Shown here: in pieces, positions 41,752-51,872 of the stretch
Position numbering within the stretch: the stretch's first letter is position 1
Layout of the letters: every line of letters starts with the position of its first letter
NCBI GenBank assembly: GCA_963835065.1
Contig: CAWIEK010000068.1
Coordinates: 93,986 to 157,985 of the forward strand
Origin: an uncultured Chthonomonadaceae bacterium
GTDB taxonomy: Bacteria > Armatimonadota > Chthonomonadetes > Chthonomonadales > Chthonomonadaceae
Direction: 5' to 3'
Length of the DNA stretch: 64,000 nucleotides
Notes under the pieces: generated by a model
The model's input: only the letters and a program-made list of their open reading frames with translations
What the model was told of the DNA's origin: nothing
The model's database searches: none
Translations under genes and position numbers: made by a program

Positions 41752-42642
41752 TTACGGATACCAGCAGCCTGTCGCGCCGTCCACGTTCTGGACGCAACCG
41801 ACATCGCCGCCGCCCTGTTTGACAGCCCACTCCTTGAAGTCAGCAAGTTGCCCAATAGCTCTCGCTTTGGTATGCCCGTCAGAGTAGGCAACGTGGATAA
41901 TGGCCCCACTTGGAACCTTTTCGCACCAGTTCGTCTTTTGTTCTGTGTGTCTCCAAGAGATATTGGTGAATTCGCGCTCCAGGCTGTACTTTCCAAAACC
42001 TGACCGATTACAGTTGCCATAGTAAGTGTTGCCGCTGTTGCCGCCATCAATCGGCGTCAGGGCAAGGCTGAACCCAGGATAGTTGACGTTGCCGTTGTTC
42101 AGCGTTTCCACGTACAGAATAGTGTTGGCAGGCGCAACTGCTTCCACAAAAGAGTGGGACGCTCCGTAGCCATTGTTGCAATCTGCCGGACAGTACCACT
42201 CGGCCCAGTTGTCCGTCATGCCATAGGAGGAAATGTTGGACAATCCGTAGGTACTGACGACCGCCGCATTAAACGGGGCCGAAGGACAGACAAACACGCG
42301 CGAAGCTTTGGTAAAATCGTGGGAAGTGCCGATGCTCTGGATGTACGGCGCTATTTCTTCAGTCCAATAGATGGAGGGAGGCGAATAGGGTGTGCCATAG
42401 CCAGGATTGCGACTGCCTGGAGTGACACGCAAACCAGAAAAGTACAAAGGACAGCCTTCGTCGTAATCCTGCGAGTACATCAGGGTTCCAGTCATAATCT
42501 GCTTCATGTTTGAAATGCAGGTGATGCCACGCGCTTTTTCACGCGCTTTGGCAAAAACGGGGAACAGAATGGAGGCCAAGATCGCGATAATGGCGATCAC
42601 GACGAGCAATTCGATCAGGGTGAAACCGGAACGCTTTTGCAT
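41752..42642 (-). CDS. Prepilin-type N-methylation / DUF1559 protein
   Basis: [41 protein letters not shown]...YSDGH. Confidence 0.92.
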   Translation of the reverse strand: MQKRSGFTLIELLVVIAIIAILASILFPVFAKAREKARGITCISNMKQIMTGTLMYSQDYDEGCPLYFSGLRVTPGSRNPGYGTPYSPPSIYWTEEIAPYIQSIGTSHDFTKASRVFVCPSAPFNAAVVSTYGLSNISSYGMTDNWAEWYCPADCNNGYGASHSFVEAVAPANTILYVETLNNGNVNYPGFSLALTPIDGGNSGNTYYGNCNRSGFGKYSLEREFTNISWRHTEQKTNWCEKVPSGAIIHVAYSDGHTKARAIGQLADFKEWAVKQGGGDVGCVQNVDGATGCWYP

Positions 42643-43043
42643 AGCAGTGTCTCTCCTTGCTTGCAGTGGAAAAGTGGGGCTATATGGCAAATACAAACTT
42701 TGCCCCATTGGATTAAGAAGAATGAAAATCAGCGCGGGAAAGCAATCAGCGGGGATTGTCGTGGCGCGCGAACAACAGGAATCGGCAACACGCGCAGCAA
42801 TGGGCGGGGCGATTTGATTATAACACAAAGATTCGATTTTACACAAGGGGAACGATAAATTTGTGGGGCAGGCGGAAAATAGAACCGGAAAAACACGCCG
42901 TTGTGTTCGCAGTCCTATATTCCGCTGCCCCATAGCAAACAGTATAACCGCGAACCCAACATTTTGCAAGCGCATTTTTAACAGGTTGGGACAAAAATCG
43001 TATAAAGACAACCCTTTTTTGTCCCGAATAGGTCTACCTGCCC

Positions 43044-43313
43044 TTATAATTGACCTGATAGCGCATCGTAGTCGGCGTGAGAACCAATCCAGAACCATGC
43101 GATTGCACCGCCGTCTACCACGCCCACAGCGCGATAGTGCAGCCCGACACGCGCCGAATAAATAGGCTCCGTCTCGTGGACTTGCTTAAAATGCAGGCCG
43201 GGATGCTGCGTATCCTGCGCAAACCTGCGGTAAGCGGCACGGGCTTGGCGTTGTACCTGCGGCGGTAATTGCGCGAACATCTCCCGAAAATCCGCCGTTG
43301 TGCGTGACTTCAT
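43044..43313 (-). CDS. RelE/ParE-like toxin
   Basis: [33 protein letters not shown]. Confidence 0.82.
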   Translation of the reverse strand: MKSRTTADFREMFAQLPPQVQRQARAAYRRFAQDTQHPGLHFKQVHETEPIYSARVGLHYRAVGVVDGGAIAWFWIGSHADYDALSGQL

Positions 43314-43528
43314 AGCGTATCCGGGTCGAGCGGCAATGTTTTGCCCGCCCGATGTTCCGCAAGCGCTTTTTGCGCCAAACGCGAAAGCGCGTCCGAAGAC
43401 GCAGCAAACTTACGGTTCCACTGCTCTTCGTCGTCAAGTTCTTCCAGAATCAGGGCGGCAAGGCTATCCTGTTCCGGTTCGGGCATTTGCGCAATGCGCG
43501 TATAGACTTGTTCCATCAGCTGCGTCAT
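43310..43528 (-). CDS. Putative antitoxin
   Basis: Acidic 72 aa; 4-bp overlap with the toxin gene. Confidence 0.8.
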   Translation of the reverse strand: MTQLMEQVYTRIAQMPEPEQDSLAALILEELDDEEQWNRKFAASSDALSRLAQKALAEHRAGKTLPLDPDTL

Positions 43529-43584
43529 GCGTGGCTTCTCCTGAGTATGTCCGGCGTCCGTTCCCTGTTTATGGAAGGTGCAGT

Positions 43585-44976
43585 CTACCCTTCCAGCAGC
43601 AGGCTTTCGGGGTCTTCGAGCAGTTCCTTCACTTTGACGAGGAAGCGCACGGCCTCGCTGCCGTCCACAATGCGATGGTCGTAGGACAGGGCGAGGTACA
43701 TCATGGGACGAATCACGACCTGCCCGTTCATGGCGATAGGGCGCTCTTCGATCTTGTGCATGCCCAAAATGCCGACCTGGGGCGCGTTCAAAATGGGCGT
43801 GGACATTAAGGAACCGTACACGCCGCCGTTGGTAATCGTAAACGTGCCGCCCATCATATCGGCAATGCCCAATTTGTTTTCGCGCGCCCGCACCGCCAGG
43901 GCGCCGATTTCCTTTTCAATGCCCGCAAACGTCAGTTTGTCCGCGTTGCGCACAACCGGAACCATCAGCCCGCGCTCCGTGCCTACCGCAACGCCGATGT
44001 CGTAATACTGCTTCTTGATGATGTTGTCGCCGTTGATTTCCGCGTTCAGATACGGGAACGTTTTCAGCGCGCCAATCACCGCTTTGGTGAAGAACGACAT
44101 AAAGCCCAAATTGACGCCGTGCTTTTCCTTGAACTTGTCCTTGCGCCGCGCCCGCACGTCCATTACGGCTGTCATGTCCACTTCGTTGAACGTGGTGAGC
44201 ATGGCCGCCGTCTGCTGCGCCTCGACGAGTTTGGCGGCAATGGTCTTGCGCATCCGCGACATCGGTTCCACAATCTCGCGCCGCTCATCGGAAAGAAGGG
44301 GGTTGAGGGTGTTGGGTGTTGGGTGTTGGGTGTTGGGTATCGCAAGCGTTGAGCGTTGAGCATCGAACGTTGAGGGTTCACTTATCTCTTTTCCCTTTTC
44401 CCTTTCCCCCTTTTCCTGTTCCCTTGCGCTGGCAGTGGCGACATGGTTCTGCACATCGTCTTTGGTGATTTTGCCGCTCGGTCCGGTTCCCGGAACATTG
44501 GAGGCTTTCAGGCCGTGCTGTTCCAGCATTTTGGCGGCGAGGGGCGTGGCGGGCGCGTTGGCGTCGCCTAAGTCTTCCCCATTGGGCGCGGTTTTCGCGG
44601 CAGGGGTCGAGGGAGTTGTGGCGGCAGGCGCAGGCGGCGCAACGGTGGCAGCCGCAGCCGTCGGCGTCTTCGCGGGATTTGCCTGTGTACCGTCCGTTGG
44701 CGCGGACGCTCCGTTGGAGGCTCCATTAGACGCGGCGATGCCCGGCGTAACCGTTCCCAAAATGTCGTTGACGGCAACGGTTTCGCCCGTTTGCCGCGTG
44801 ATGCTTTGCAGAACGCCGTCCGCACCCGCCGGTATGGTGATGTTGACTTTATCGGTTTCCAGCTCCACGACATCTTCGTCGGCTGTCACGGCCTGCCCCG
44901 GCTGCTTGTACCAGCGCCCCACCGTCGCTTCCACCACCGATTCCCCACTTGAGGGCACACGTATTTCTACGGCCAT
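43585..44976 (-). CDS. sucB: 2-oxoglutarate dehydrogenase E2 (dihydrolipoamide succinyltransferase)
   Basis: ELETDKV lipoyl motif, [22 protein letters not shown]. Confidence 0.96.
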   Translation of the reverse strand: MAVEIRVPSSGESVVEATVGRWYKQPGQAVTADEDVVELETDKVNITIPAGADGVLQSITRQTGETVAVNDILGTVTPGIAASNGASNGASAPTDGTQANPAKTPTAAAATVAPPAPAATTPSTPAAKTAPNGEDLGDANAPATPLAAKMLEQHGLKASNVPGTGPSGKITKDDVQNHVATASAREQEKGEREKGKEISEPSTFDAQRSTLAIPNTQHPTPNTLNPLLSDERREIVEPMSRMRKTIAAKLVEAQQTAAMLTTFNEVDMTAVMDVRARRKDKFKEKHGVNLGFMSFFTKAVIGALKTFPYLNAEINGDNIIKKQYYDIGVAVGTERGLMVPVVRNADKLTFAGIEKEIGALAVRARENKLGIADMMGGTFTITNGGVYGSLMSTPILNAPQVGILGMHKIEERPIAMNGQVVIRPMMYLALSYDHRIVDGSEAVRFLVKVKELLEDPESLLLEG

Positions 44977-44994
44977 TAGATACTCCCGTCATAA

Positions 44995-45104
44995 GGTTTC
45001 AGGTATCAGGTGTCAGGTGTCAGGGTTTGCCTCTTACTTATGCTGTAGAATGGGCAAAAGCAGGAACCGAATCGCCCTGACACCTGAAACCTGACACCTG
45101 AAAC
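44995..45104. repeat. Inverted pair of heptamer arrays (GGTDTCA)n / (CCTGAMA)n
   Basis: Occupies the sucA-sucB intergenic region. Confidence 0.8.
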
Positions 45105-48015
45105 CTACTTCGTCGTTACCGCTTCTCGCGCCACTGCCGAAACATCCAGAGCGCTGCGCAGGATACGCGCCTGCTCGATGCCGTGCCAGATTTCGGAGCC
45201 TTCGGCGGGGCTGGCGGCTTCCGCGCGTCCGCGATACAGCAGGTCGCCGGTCCAATCCGCCTGTTCGCGCAATCTTGCCTGCATGTACGTCCACGCGCCC
45301 ATGTTGCGCGGCTCTTCCTGCAGCCAGACGATTTCGCGCAGGTTTGGATAGCCCGCAATCAGGTCGCGCAGTTCGCGCTCCGGGAACGGGTAGAGTTCTT
45401 CTACCCGCGCCGCTGCGATCCCCTCGGCCTGCTCCCATTCCGGGCGCAGTTCCTTGCTCGTCTCGCCTTTGTACAGCAGGTCGAGATAAACTTTGCCGCT
45501 GCACAAGATCAGGCGCGTGATGCTTTTGGCGCGGGTTTGCGCCCGCTCGTCGTCTATCACGGGCTGAAACGTTCCCGCCGCGAGATCGGCAAGCGAGGAA
45601 CTGGCAACCGGCGCGCGCAGCAAGCCTTTGGGCGTCATTATAATCAGAGGGCGCGCATCGTTGGTCAGCAGCGCGGCCTGTCGGCGCAGCAGGTGAAAGT
45701 ATTGCGCGGGCGTGGTGCAGTTGGCGATGCGCAGGTTGTCCTGCGCGGCCAGTTGCAGGAAGCGTTCCAGGCGCGCGCTGGAGTGTTCCGGCCCCTGTCC
45801 GTGATAGCCGTGCGGCAGCAGCAGGACAAGCGAGGGCGAAATCTGCCATTTGGCAAGCCCGGCGGAAAGGAACTGGTCAATAATCACCTGCGCGCCGTTG
45901 CCGAAGTCGCCGAATTGCGCTTCCCACAAGACCAAGGCTTCCGGCACGTGGATGCTGTAGCCGTATTCAAAGCCAAGCGCGGCCTGTTCGGAAAGCGGGC
46001 TGTTGTAGATGCCGAAACTCGCCCGCGCCTGCGGCAGCGTTTGCAGCGCGGCCCAGCGCTTGTCCGTGTTGATGTCGTGCAGCACGGCATGGCGATGGCT
46101 GAACGTGCCCCGCTCCACGTCCTGCCCCGTCAGGCGGATGGGAGTGCCGTCCGCCAGATATGGACGCGAACGCCAGGGCTTCGGCGTGTCCCCACAAAAT
46201 GCCGCTGTCCTTTGCCAACCCTTCGCGCCGTACCTGCTGCAGGGTGCGGCGGTTCAGTTTTTCATTGGGCGTAAAGCCTTCGGGAATGGTGTACAGCGCG
46301 TCATTGTACGCGGTCAGTTTGGCGACGGGAACAGCCGTTTCCGCGTAGCGCGGGCCGTTCTGCGGAACAATAATGTCCATTTCCAGGTGCGCGTCCGCCT
46401 GATGCGGCGCGTTCCAGGCGGCGTCCAGACGGGCCATCACGTCATCCCACATCGCTTTCACTTCGGCGGGCGTCATCATGCCCTGCGCCACCAGCGCATC
46501 CGCCCAAATATCGCGTACCCGCTTGTGCGAAGTCTACTGCCGCATACATTTCCGGCTGCGTCAGTTCGCGGTTCTTCCGCTTCGTTGTGTCCGTAGCGGC
46601 GGTAGCCGACCAGATCAATCAGGAAATCCTTGCCGAAATGGACGCGGTAATCGTAGGCCATGCGCGCCACCGCGAGGCAGGCAATCGGATCGTCGGCGTT
46701 GACATGCACAATCGGGATTTCAAAGCCTTTGGCAAGGTCGCTGGCGTACATCGTGGAGCGGCCTTCGCCCGGCGACGTGGTGAACCCGACCTGATTGTTG
46801 GAAATAATATGAATGGTGCCGCCCGTCGTGTAACCGGGCAGGCGCGACATATTCAGGGTTTCCGCCACCACGCCCTGACCGGGAAAGGCCGCGTCGCCAT
46901 GAATCAGAATCGGCAGGGCGGCGCGGGGGTCTTGCGCGGGCGGGCCGGCCAGAACGCGCTGTTCCTGCGCGGCGCGGGCATGGCCTTCCGCAACCGGGTT
47001 GACAAATTCCAGGTGGCTTGGGTTGGGGATCAGGCGAATGGGCATTTCCTCAACGCCCGCTTCCTTGAAGGCGCGCTGATAGCCCAGGTGGTACTTCACG
47101 TCGCCCGAATAACCCTGCGACCCGCGACCCGCAACCGAGGCGTTGTCCTCGTTGTGCATCGTTTTGAAGCCTTCAAAAATCGCCGTATACGGCTTGCCCA
47201 AAACATTGCACAGCACATTCAGCCGCCCCCGGTGCGCCATTCCCAAAACGACTTCGCGGGTTCCCGCCCGCCCCGCCTGCCGAATGATTTCGTCCAGCAT
47301 GGGCACGAGCATATCGGTTCCCTCAATGGAAAACCGCTTTTTGGTCGGGTAGCGCTTGTGGATGGACTGCTCGAAAGCGTCCACTTCCGTCAGGCGGTGC
47401 AGCAGGTCGCGCTTCACTTCCGCGCTCAATTTCTGGAAGTAAGCGCCGCTTTCCGCCGCTTCGCGCAGCCAGTAGCGCTCTTCGGTATTTTGAATGTGTT
47501 CGTCGTCGTAACCGATAGTGCCGGAATAGCGTTCGCGCAGCTTGTTGACGGCTTCCAGCGCGTTGCTGGTTTCCCGCGCAATCGGCCCGCCCGACAACAA
47601 TATCGGAAGGCAAAATCGCCAGGTTCGTTTCCGTCAGGCCGTGATACTTCAATTCCAGGCGCGGGTCTTCGGGCCGCGCCAGGCCAAGCGGGTCCACTTT
47701 GGCAAGCAGATGCCCCCGCTGCCGTATCAGGCGCGACAGGCGGGCGGCGGCAGCGGCGAGGCGCATGGTTTCAGAGGTGTCGGGTATCGGGTGTCGGGTG
47801 TCGGGTGTGGAGGAAGTTTCCCCGACACCCGACACCCGATACCCGACACCCTCCTTACCCTTTCCGTTCCGGGCATGGGGCAGCAACGTGTCGCCGTAGG
47901 TGTCAAAAAAGGCGCGCGTGGCCGCGTCTACCGAGTTGGGGTCTTGACGGTAGAGGGCGTAAAGTTCTTCGGCGTATCCGGCGTTGGGGCCATGAAAAAG
48001 ATTTAGTTCGCTCAT
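45105..48015 (-). CDS. sucA: 2-oxoglutarate dehydrogenase E1 (about four frameshifts: ~47595, ~46568, ~46530, ~46160)
   Basis: GMAHRGRLN, GDVKYHLG, HGDAAFPGQG, RGTFSHRH, WEAQFGDF, QEEPRNMG. Confidence 0.93.
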
Positions 48016-48322
48016 AGGGCATTTTTCGGCATCATCACAACAGCGTGACGGCAGGCGGAACAAATTTGTATTTCGCGGGTAATAATAGTGTCACCGGGAC
48101 AGGTTCAGGTTTATCATACCGTTTTCCCTGTCCAAAAGTCAAGATAATGGCGTTCCGCGTCGGGACATCCCTTGTTATGTCCTCTGCACATGTTCTTTCC
48201 CTATGGATGCAATCCATTTACACACAGCATTTACGTCCGTAGGACGTTTAGCCGCAGGCGATTCGGGCGGTGGTTTTCAACCACCGGCCACAGGTATCCG
48301 GTAGATTATCTGGAGTTTAATT

Positions 48323-50458
48323 ATGTGCCGCGCAAGCAAGACTGTTATTGTGTTCCTGTTCGCCGCTTTGTGCGCGTTTTTGGTATCGGGGATAACAGCG
48401 CCAAGCCGGGCGCAAAATTGGGAACCGGTTCCGCTGATTACAAAGGAAAGCCGGGACGCGGGCAATGTGGGCGGGGAAGGGGCGCAGTGGGCGCGGGCAA
48501 TGGCGGTTTCGGGCGGGGGCGAACTGCTGCTGTACGGAACGGATGTTGGCGGCTTGTTTCGCAGCCGGGATGGCGGCAACCTGTGGGAGCCGTGCAACGT
48601 GGGGTACACGCCGCGCGGCACGAGCGGGCTTGCCATTGATCCCCACAACCCGCGCCGCTGCCTGTCTGTGGGCGCGAACTCCATACCCGGCAACTGGAAC
48701 GGCATCTATTTGTCGGTAGACGGAGCCGCGAGTTGGAAGCAGGTATTTCCCGCCAACATCGCCGGCAGTCAGGACAGCCGCGAACAGATCGCTTTCGACC
48801 CGGCTACCTACGACGCAAATGCAGGCTATACCCGCGTCGTCTACTGGTCCCGCATCGGCGCGGAAGACAAGCCGCCCTGGGGCAAGCCGGAAATTCACCC
48901 CGCTTTGTACAAATCCGAGGACGGCGGGCAAACCTGGCGCGAATTGCCCGGCACAAGCGCGTTCGGCGGCAGTATCATCAAAGTCCAGACGTTGGGATTG
49001 GATAGCAGTATTGTCCGGGAAAGCGTTCACAACCACATACTCTTTGCTGCCAACGCGCAGGGTTTCTTTCGCAGTCTGGATGGCGGCAAAACCTTCGCGC
49101 ATACGTTTCATCAGCCGTGTGACGGGCTGGATGTGTCGGCGCAAGGCCCCGGCCCGGACTGGCCCTCCGTCGTCTACATTTGCGGCAAGGGAAGCGTGTG
49201 GCGCTCCGACGATCAGGGGAAAACATTCCAACGCCTGCCCGGTAAAGGCTTGCCCACAACCGGTGTGCTGCTCAACATTCATGCCAATCCCTTCGCCTCC
49301 GGGAATCTGGTTCTGTGGGCCAATCTGGGCGGGTATAACTGGCCCCGCTTCTACTCCCATGATGGCGGCGAAACGTGGCAGCAGGCGAAAATTGATAACA
49401 CCAACGCATTCTTGCCTTCCAATGCGCGGCAGGGATTGTTTGTCTGGCATCCTACCCAGTACAGCGTCGCCTGGTCGGTTGGCGGCGATTGGCCGACGAA
49501 AAGCGAGGATGGCGGCCAAACATGGAAGTGGTCAGGCAATGGCTACAACGTCGTTTTGGTCGGCGGCATGTTTGAGTTCAACGCGCAAAACCCCGATCTG
49601 CTATTCGTCGGCTCGCAGGATTACAATGGCGCGTCCACAAACGACGGCGGCAAAACATGGACTTACCAGAACCCAAGCGGCAACGGCTGGGGCGGTTTTA
49701 CGTATGGCGGCTACGCGGCTTCGCCCCTCGTGATGTTTGTCGGCAACGCGGCGAGTTGGGGCGATCCGCGCATCTTAACCGTTACCCGCAATGGGGGCAA
49801 AACATGGACAAGCACGGGCCTGAAATACGCCGGCCCGGATGTGGCGAACGGCGACCCGACCGATCCCAACGTCCTTTTTGCCTCCAACCTGCGCAGCGCG
49901 GATGGGGGCAAAACATGGCAGCCCATGCCCGCTTGCCAAGCCGTGTACACGTATAGCCCAACGAATTCTACCGGCGCGCGCGAACTGTATGGCAAGAACA
50001 AAACCACTCTCGTCCGTTCCCGCGATCACGGCGTCACCTGGACGCCCGTTGCCGACATTCCCGGCGGGCTGGAAGATATTGCCTGCGACCCCATTCGCAA
50101 GCGCTGGTACGTGGCATCGGAAGGCCGCTTGAAGCAAATCGAAAACGGCAAGGTAACAACCGTAGATACCCCGCCTGACCAGTACGGCAGCCACCGCGTC
50201 ACCACTGTCGCGGTTGACCCCGTGCAGCCGAACATAATTTACGTCGGCAGCCACAAAGATCTATATTCCGCTTCCAACAGCGTGCTGCGCTCAACGGACG
50301 CGGGCGTACACTGGACCATCCTCACCTGCGCCACGCCCCTCGATGGCAAAACGCGCGATGGCGGGCGCGAAGCCTTCTGTATCCGCGTCCACCCCAAAAC
50401 CCGCTATGCGTATGTCGCCACCTCCTGCTACGGTCTGTGGAAAATCGCGCCACCGTAG
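48323..50458 (+). CDS. Secreted BNR/Asp-box beta-propeller protein (GH74/VPS10-like)
   Basis: Signal peptide; many SxDGGxTW repeats; 'GTDVGGLFRS'. Confidence 0.82.
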   Translation: MCRASKTVIVFLFAALCAFLVSGITAPSRAQNWEPVPLITKESRDAGNVGGEGAQWARAMAVSGGGELLLYGTDVGGLFRSRDGGNLWEPCNVGYTPRGTSGLAIDPHNPRRCLSVGANSIPGNWNGIYLSVDGAASWKQVFPANIAGSQDSREQIAFDPATYDANAGYTRVVYWSRIGAEDKPPWGKPEIHPALYKSEDGGQTWRELPGTSAFGGSIIKVQTLGLDSSIVRESVHNHILFAANAQGFFRSLDGGKTFAHTFHQPCDGLDVSAQGPGPDWPSVVYICGKGSVWRSDDQGKTFQRLPGKGLPTTGVLLNIHANPFASGNLVLWANLGGYNWPRFYSHDGGETWQQAKIDNTNAFLPSNARQGLFVWHPTQYSVAWSVGGDWPTKSEDGGQTWKWSGNGYNVVLVGGMFEFNAQNPDLLFVGSQDYNGASTNDGGKTWTYQNPSGNGWGGFTYGGYAASPLVMFVGNAASWGDPRILTVTRNGGKTWTSTGLKYAGPDVANGDPTDPNVLFASNLRSADGGKTWQPMPACQAVYTYSPTNSTGARELYGKNKTTLVRSRDHGVTWTPVADIPGGLEDIACDPIRKRWYVASEGRLKQIENGKVTTVDTPPDQYGSHRVTTVAVDPVQPNIIYVGSHKDLYSASNSVLRSTDAGVHWTILTCATPLDGKTRDGGREAFCIRVHPKTRYAYVATSCYGLWKIAPP

Positions 50459-50679
50459 AAGAAGATAAGAATCTGTATGTCGGAAGTTAGGGAACTCCCT
50501 AAGCGGAGGAAACGTCTGTGCCATAACGCAGTCGGCTGGCTGTTGTAGAATTTTGATCCTGTTGGAGCGTGAAAGGCCGGTGACTGTGTTTGAATGCACG
50601 GAGAATGTAGCATACCGTGCCGCTTTTGAAGGTTTCCAATGTGGGAAACTTCAGATGGCTCTCTGGAAGGAACCAAATC

Positions 50680-51525
50680 ATGGCAAGAACAGTGGTAGGT
50701 TTGTTTGACACGTTCGGCAACGCGGAAACAGCGCTGCGGGATGTGGAGCGTTTGGGCGTGGCGCATAGCGACGTGAGCATTATCGCCAACAATGCCGACA
50801 ACGAGTACACGACCTGGCGCGACAATGCCGGCAGCGATTACACCATGCCCGCTGCCGGAAGCGGCGCGACAACGGGAATGGCGATTGGCGGCGTGGGCGG
50901 CGTTCTATTAGGTTTGGGATTACTGGTCATTCCCGGACTTGGCCCACTCGCGGCGGCGGGGCCACTCGTGGCGGGCTTGACGGGCGCAGGCGTGGGCGCG
51001 GCGGCGGGCGGACTGCTCGGCGCGCTTGTGGACATCGGCATCCCGCATGACGAGGCCGGGTATTACTCGGAGGGGGTCCGGCGGGGCGGAACGCTGGTCA
51101 GCGTACAGGCTGCCGACAACCTGATTCAGCCGGTGGTAGACGCGCTCAACCGTAACGGCGCGGTGGACATCAATCAGCGCGCAACGTATTATCAGCAGAC
51201 GGGCTATACGGGCTACAATGCCAGCGCGCAGCCCTACACCGCCGCCGAACTGCAAGCGGAGCGCGAACGCCTGCGCGCCAACAACATGCTGTACACCGGC
51301 TCCAACATGGCCTATTCCAACAACACCGGCTATGTTCCCGGCACAGTAGACCACATCAACCGCGATGTGGCCGCGTCGGGCGTGGAAGGAAACATCCCCG
51401 GCGTACAAACGGGCGGCCATGCCATAGACGGTTCGGGTATGCCCGATACGCGCGGCATTCTGGAAAAAACGGCGGATACGCTCACCGGCAACCGCATTGA
51501 CGACAAAACCGGGCGTCCGATTTAG
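50680..51525 (+). CDS. General stress protein (glycine-zipper, YflT/YsnF-like)
   Basis: RTVVGLFD, LVIPGLGPLAAAGP, GIPHDEA.YYSEGVRRGGTLV. Confidence 0.82.
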   Translation: MARTVVGLFDTFGNAETALRDVERLGVAHSDVSIIANNADNEYTTWRDNAGSDYTMPAAGSGATTGMAIGGVGGVLLGLGLLVIPGLGPLAAAGPLVAGLTGAGVGAAAGGLLGALVDIGIPHDEAGYYSEGVRRGGTLVSVQAADNLIQPVVDALNRNGAVDINQRATYYQQTGYTGYNASAQPYTAAELQAERERLRANNMLYTGSNMAYSNNTGYVPGTVDHINRDVAASGVEGNIPGVQTGGHAIDGSGMPDTRGILEKTADTLTGNRIDDKTGRPI

Positions 51526-51586
51526 CGGTTGAGAGTTGAGAGTTGAAAGGCATCTGTCGCAGATAATCCTCAGTTTCGACGAATAA

Positions 51587-51679
51587 GAGCCTATCCCGAT
51601 AGGTGTGGCAGCCGCGTCTGCAGGACGCTTGTACTTTCCGGCCGGGTACTTTCAGTACCCGGCCTATCGGGATAGGCTC
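51587..51679. mobile_element. 93-bp MITE with 17-bp TIRs and TAA flanks
   Basis: TAA|GAGCCTATCCCGATAGG ... CCTATCGGGATAGGCTC|TAA; encloses half a REP unit. Confidence 0.65.
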
Positions 51680-51693
51680 TAAGTGAACAAGAA

Positions 51694-51738
51694 CCGCGCC
51701 GTGTTATGAAACAACACGGCGCGGTCTTATTTTGGTTT
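51694..51738 (+). terminator. Intrinsic terminator
   Basis: ACCGCGCCGTGTT..AACACGGCGCGGT followed by T-rich sequence. Confidence 0.65.
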
Positions 51739-51872
51739 TATTCGCGAAAAGTGTCCCAATCGGGATATGAGATGAAAAACTCTCTTTCCTGATTTGTCGT
51801 TTGCGCAGGAGTGTTCCTCATATCCAACAGGAGCGCTCTGCGCCCAAACTGCGATTTGAGGAAAACCCTGAC

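Noticed and set aside
45105..48015. sucA as a true pseudogene
   Set aside because: All catalytic motifs are intact and similar indels occur across the window; sequencing error is more parsimonious.
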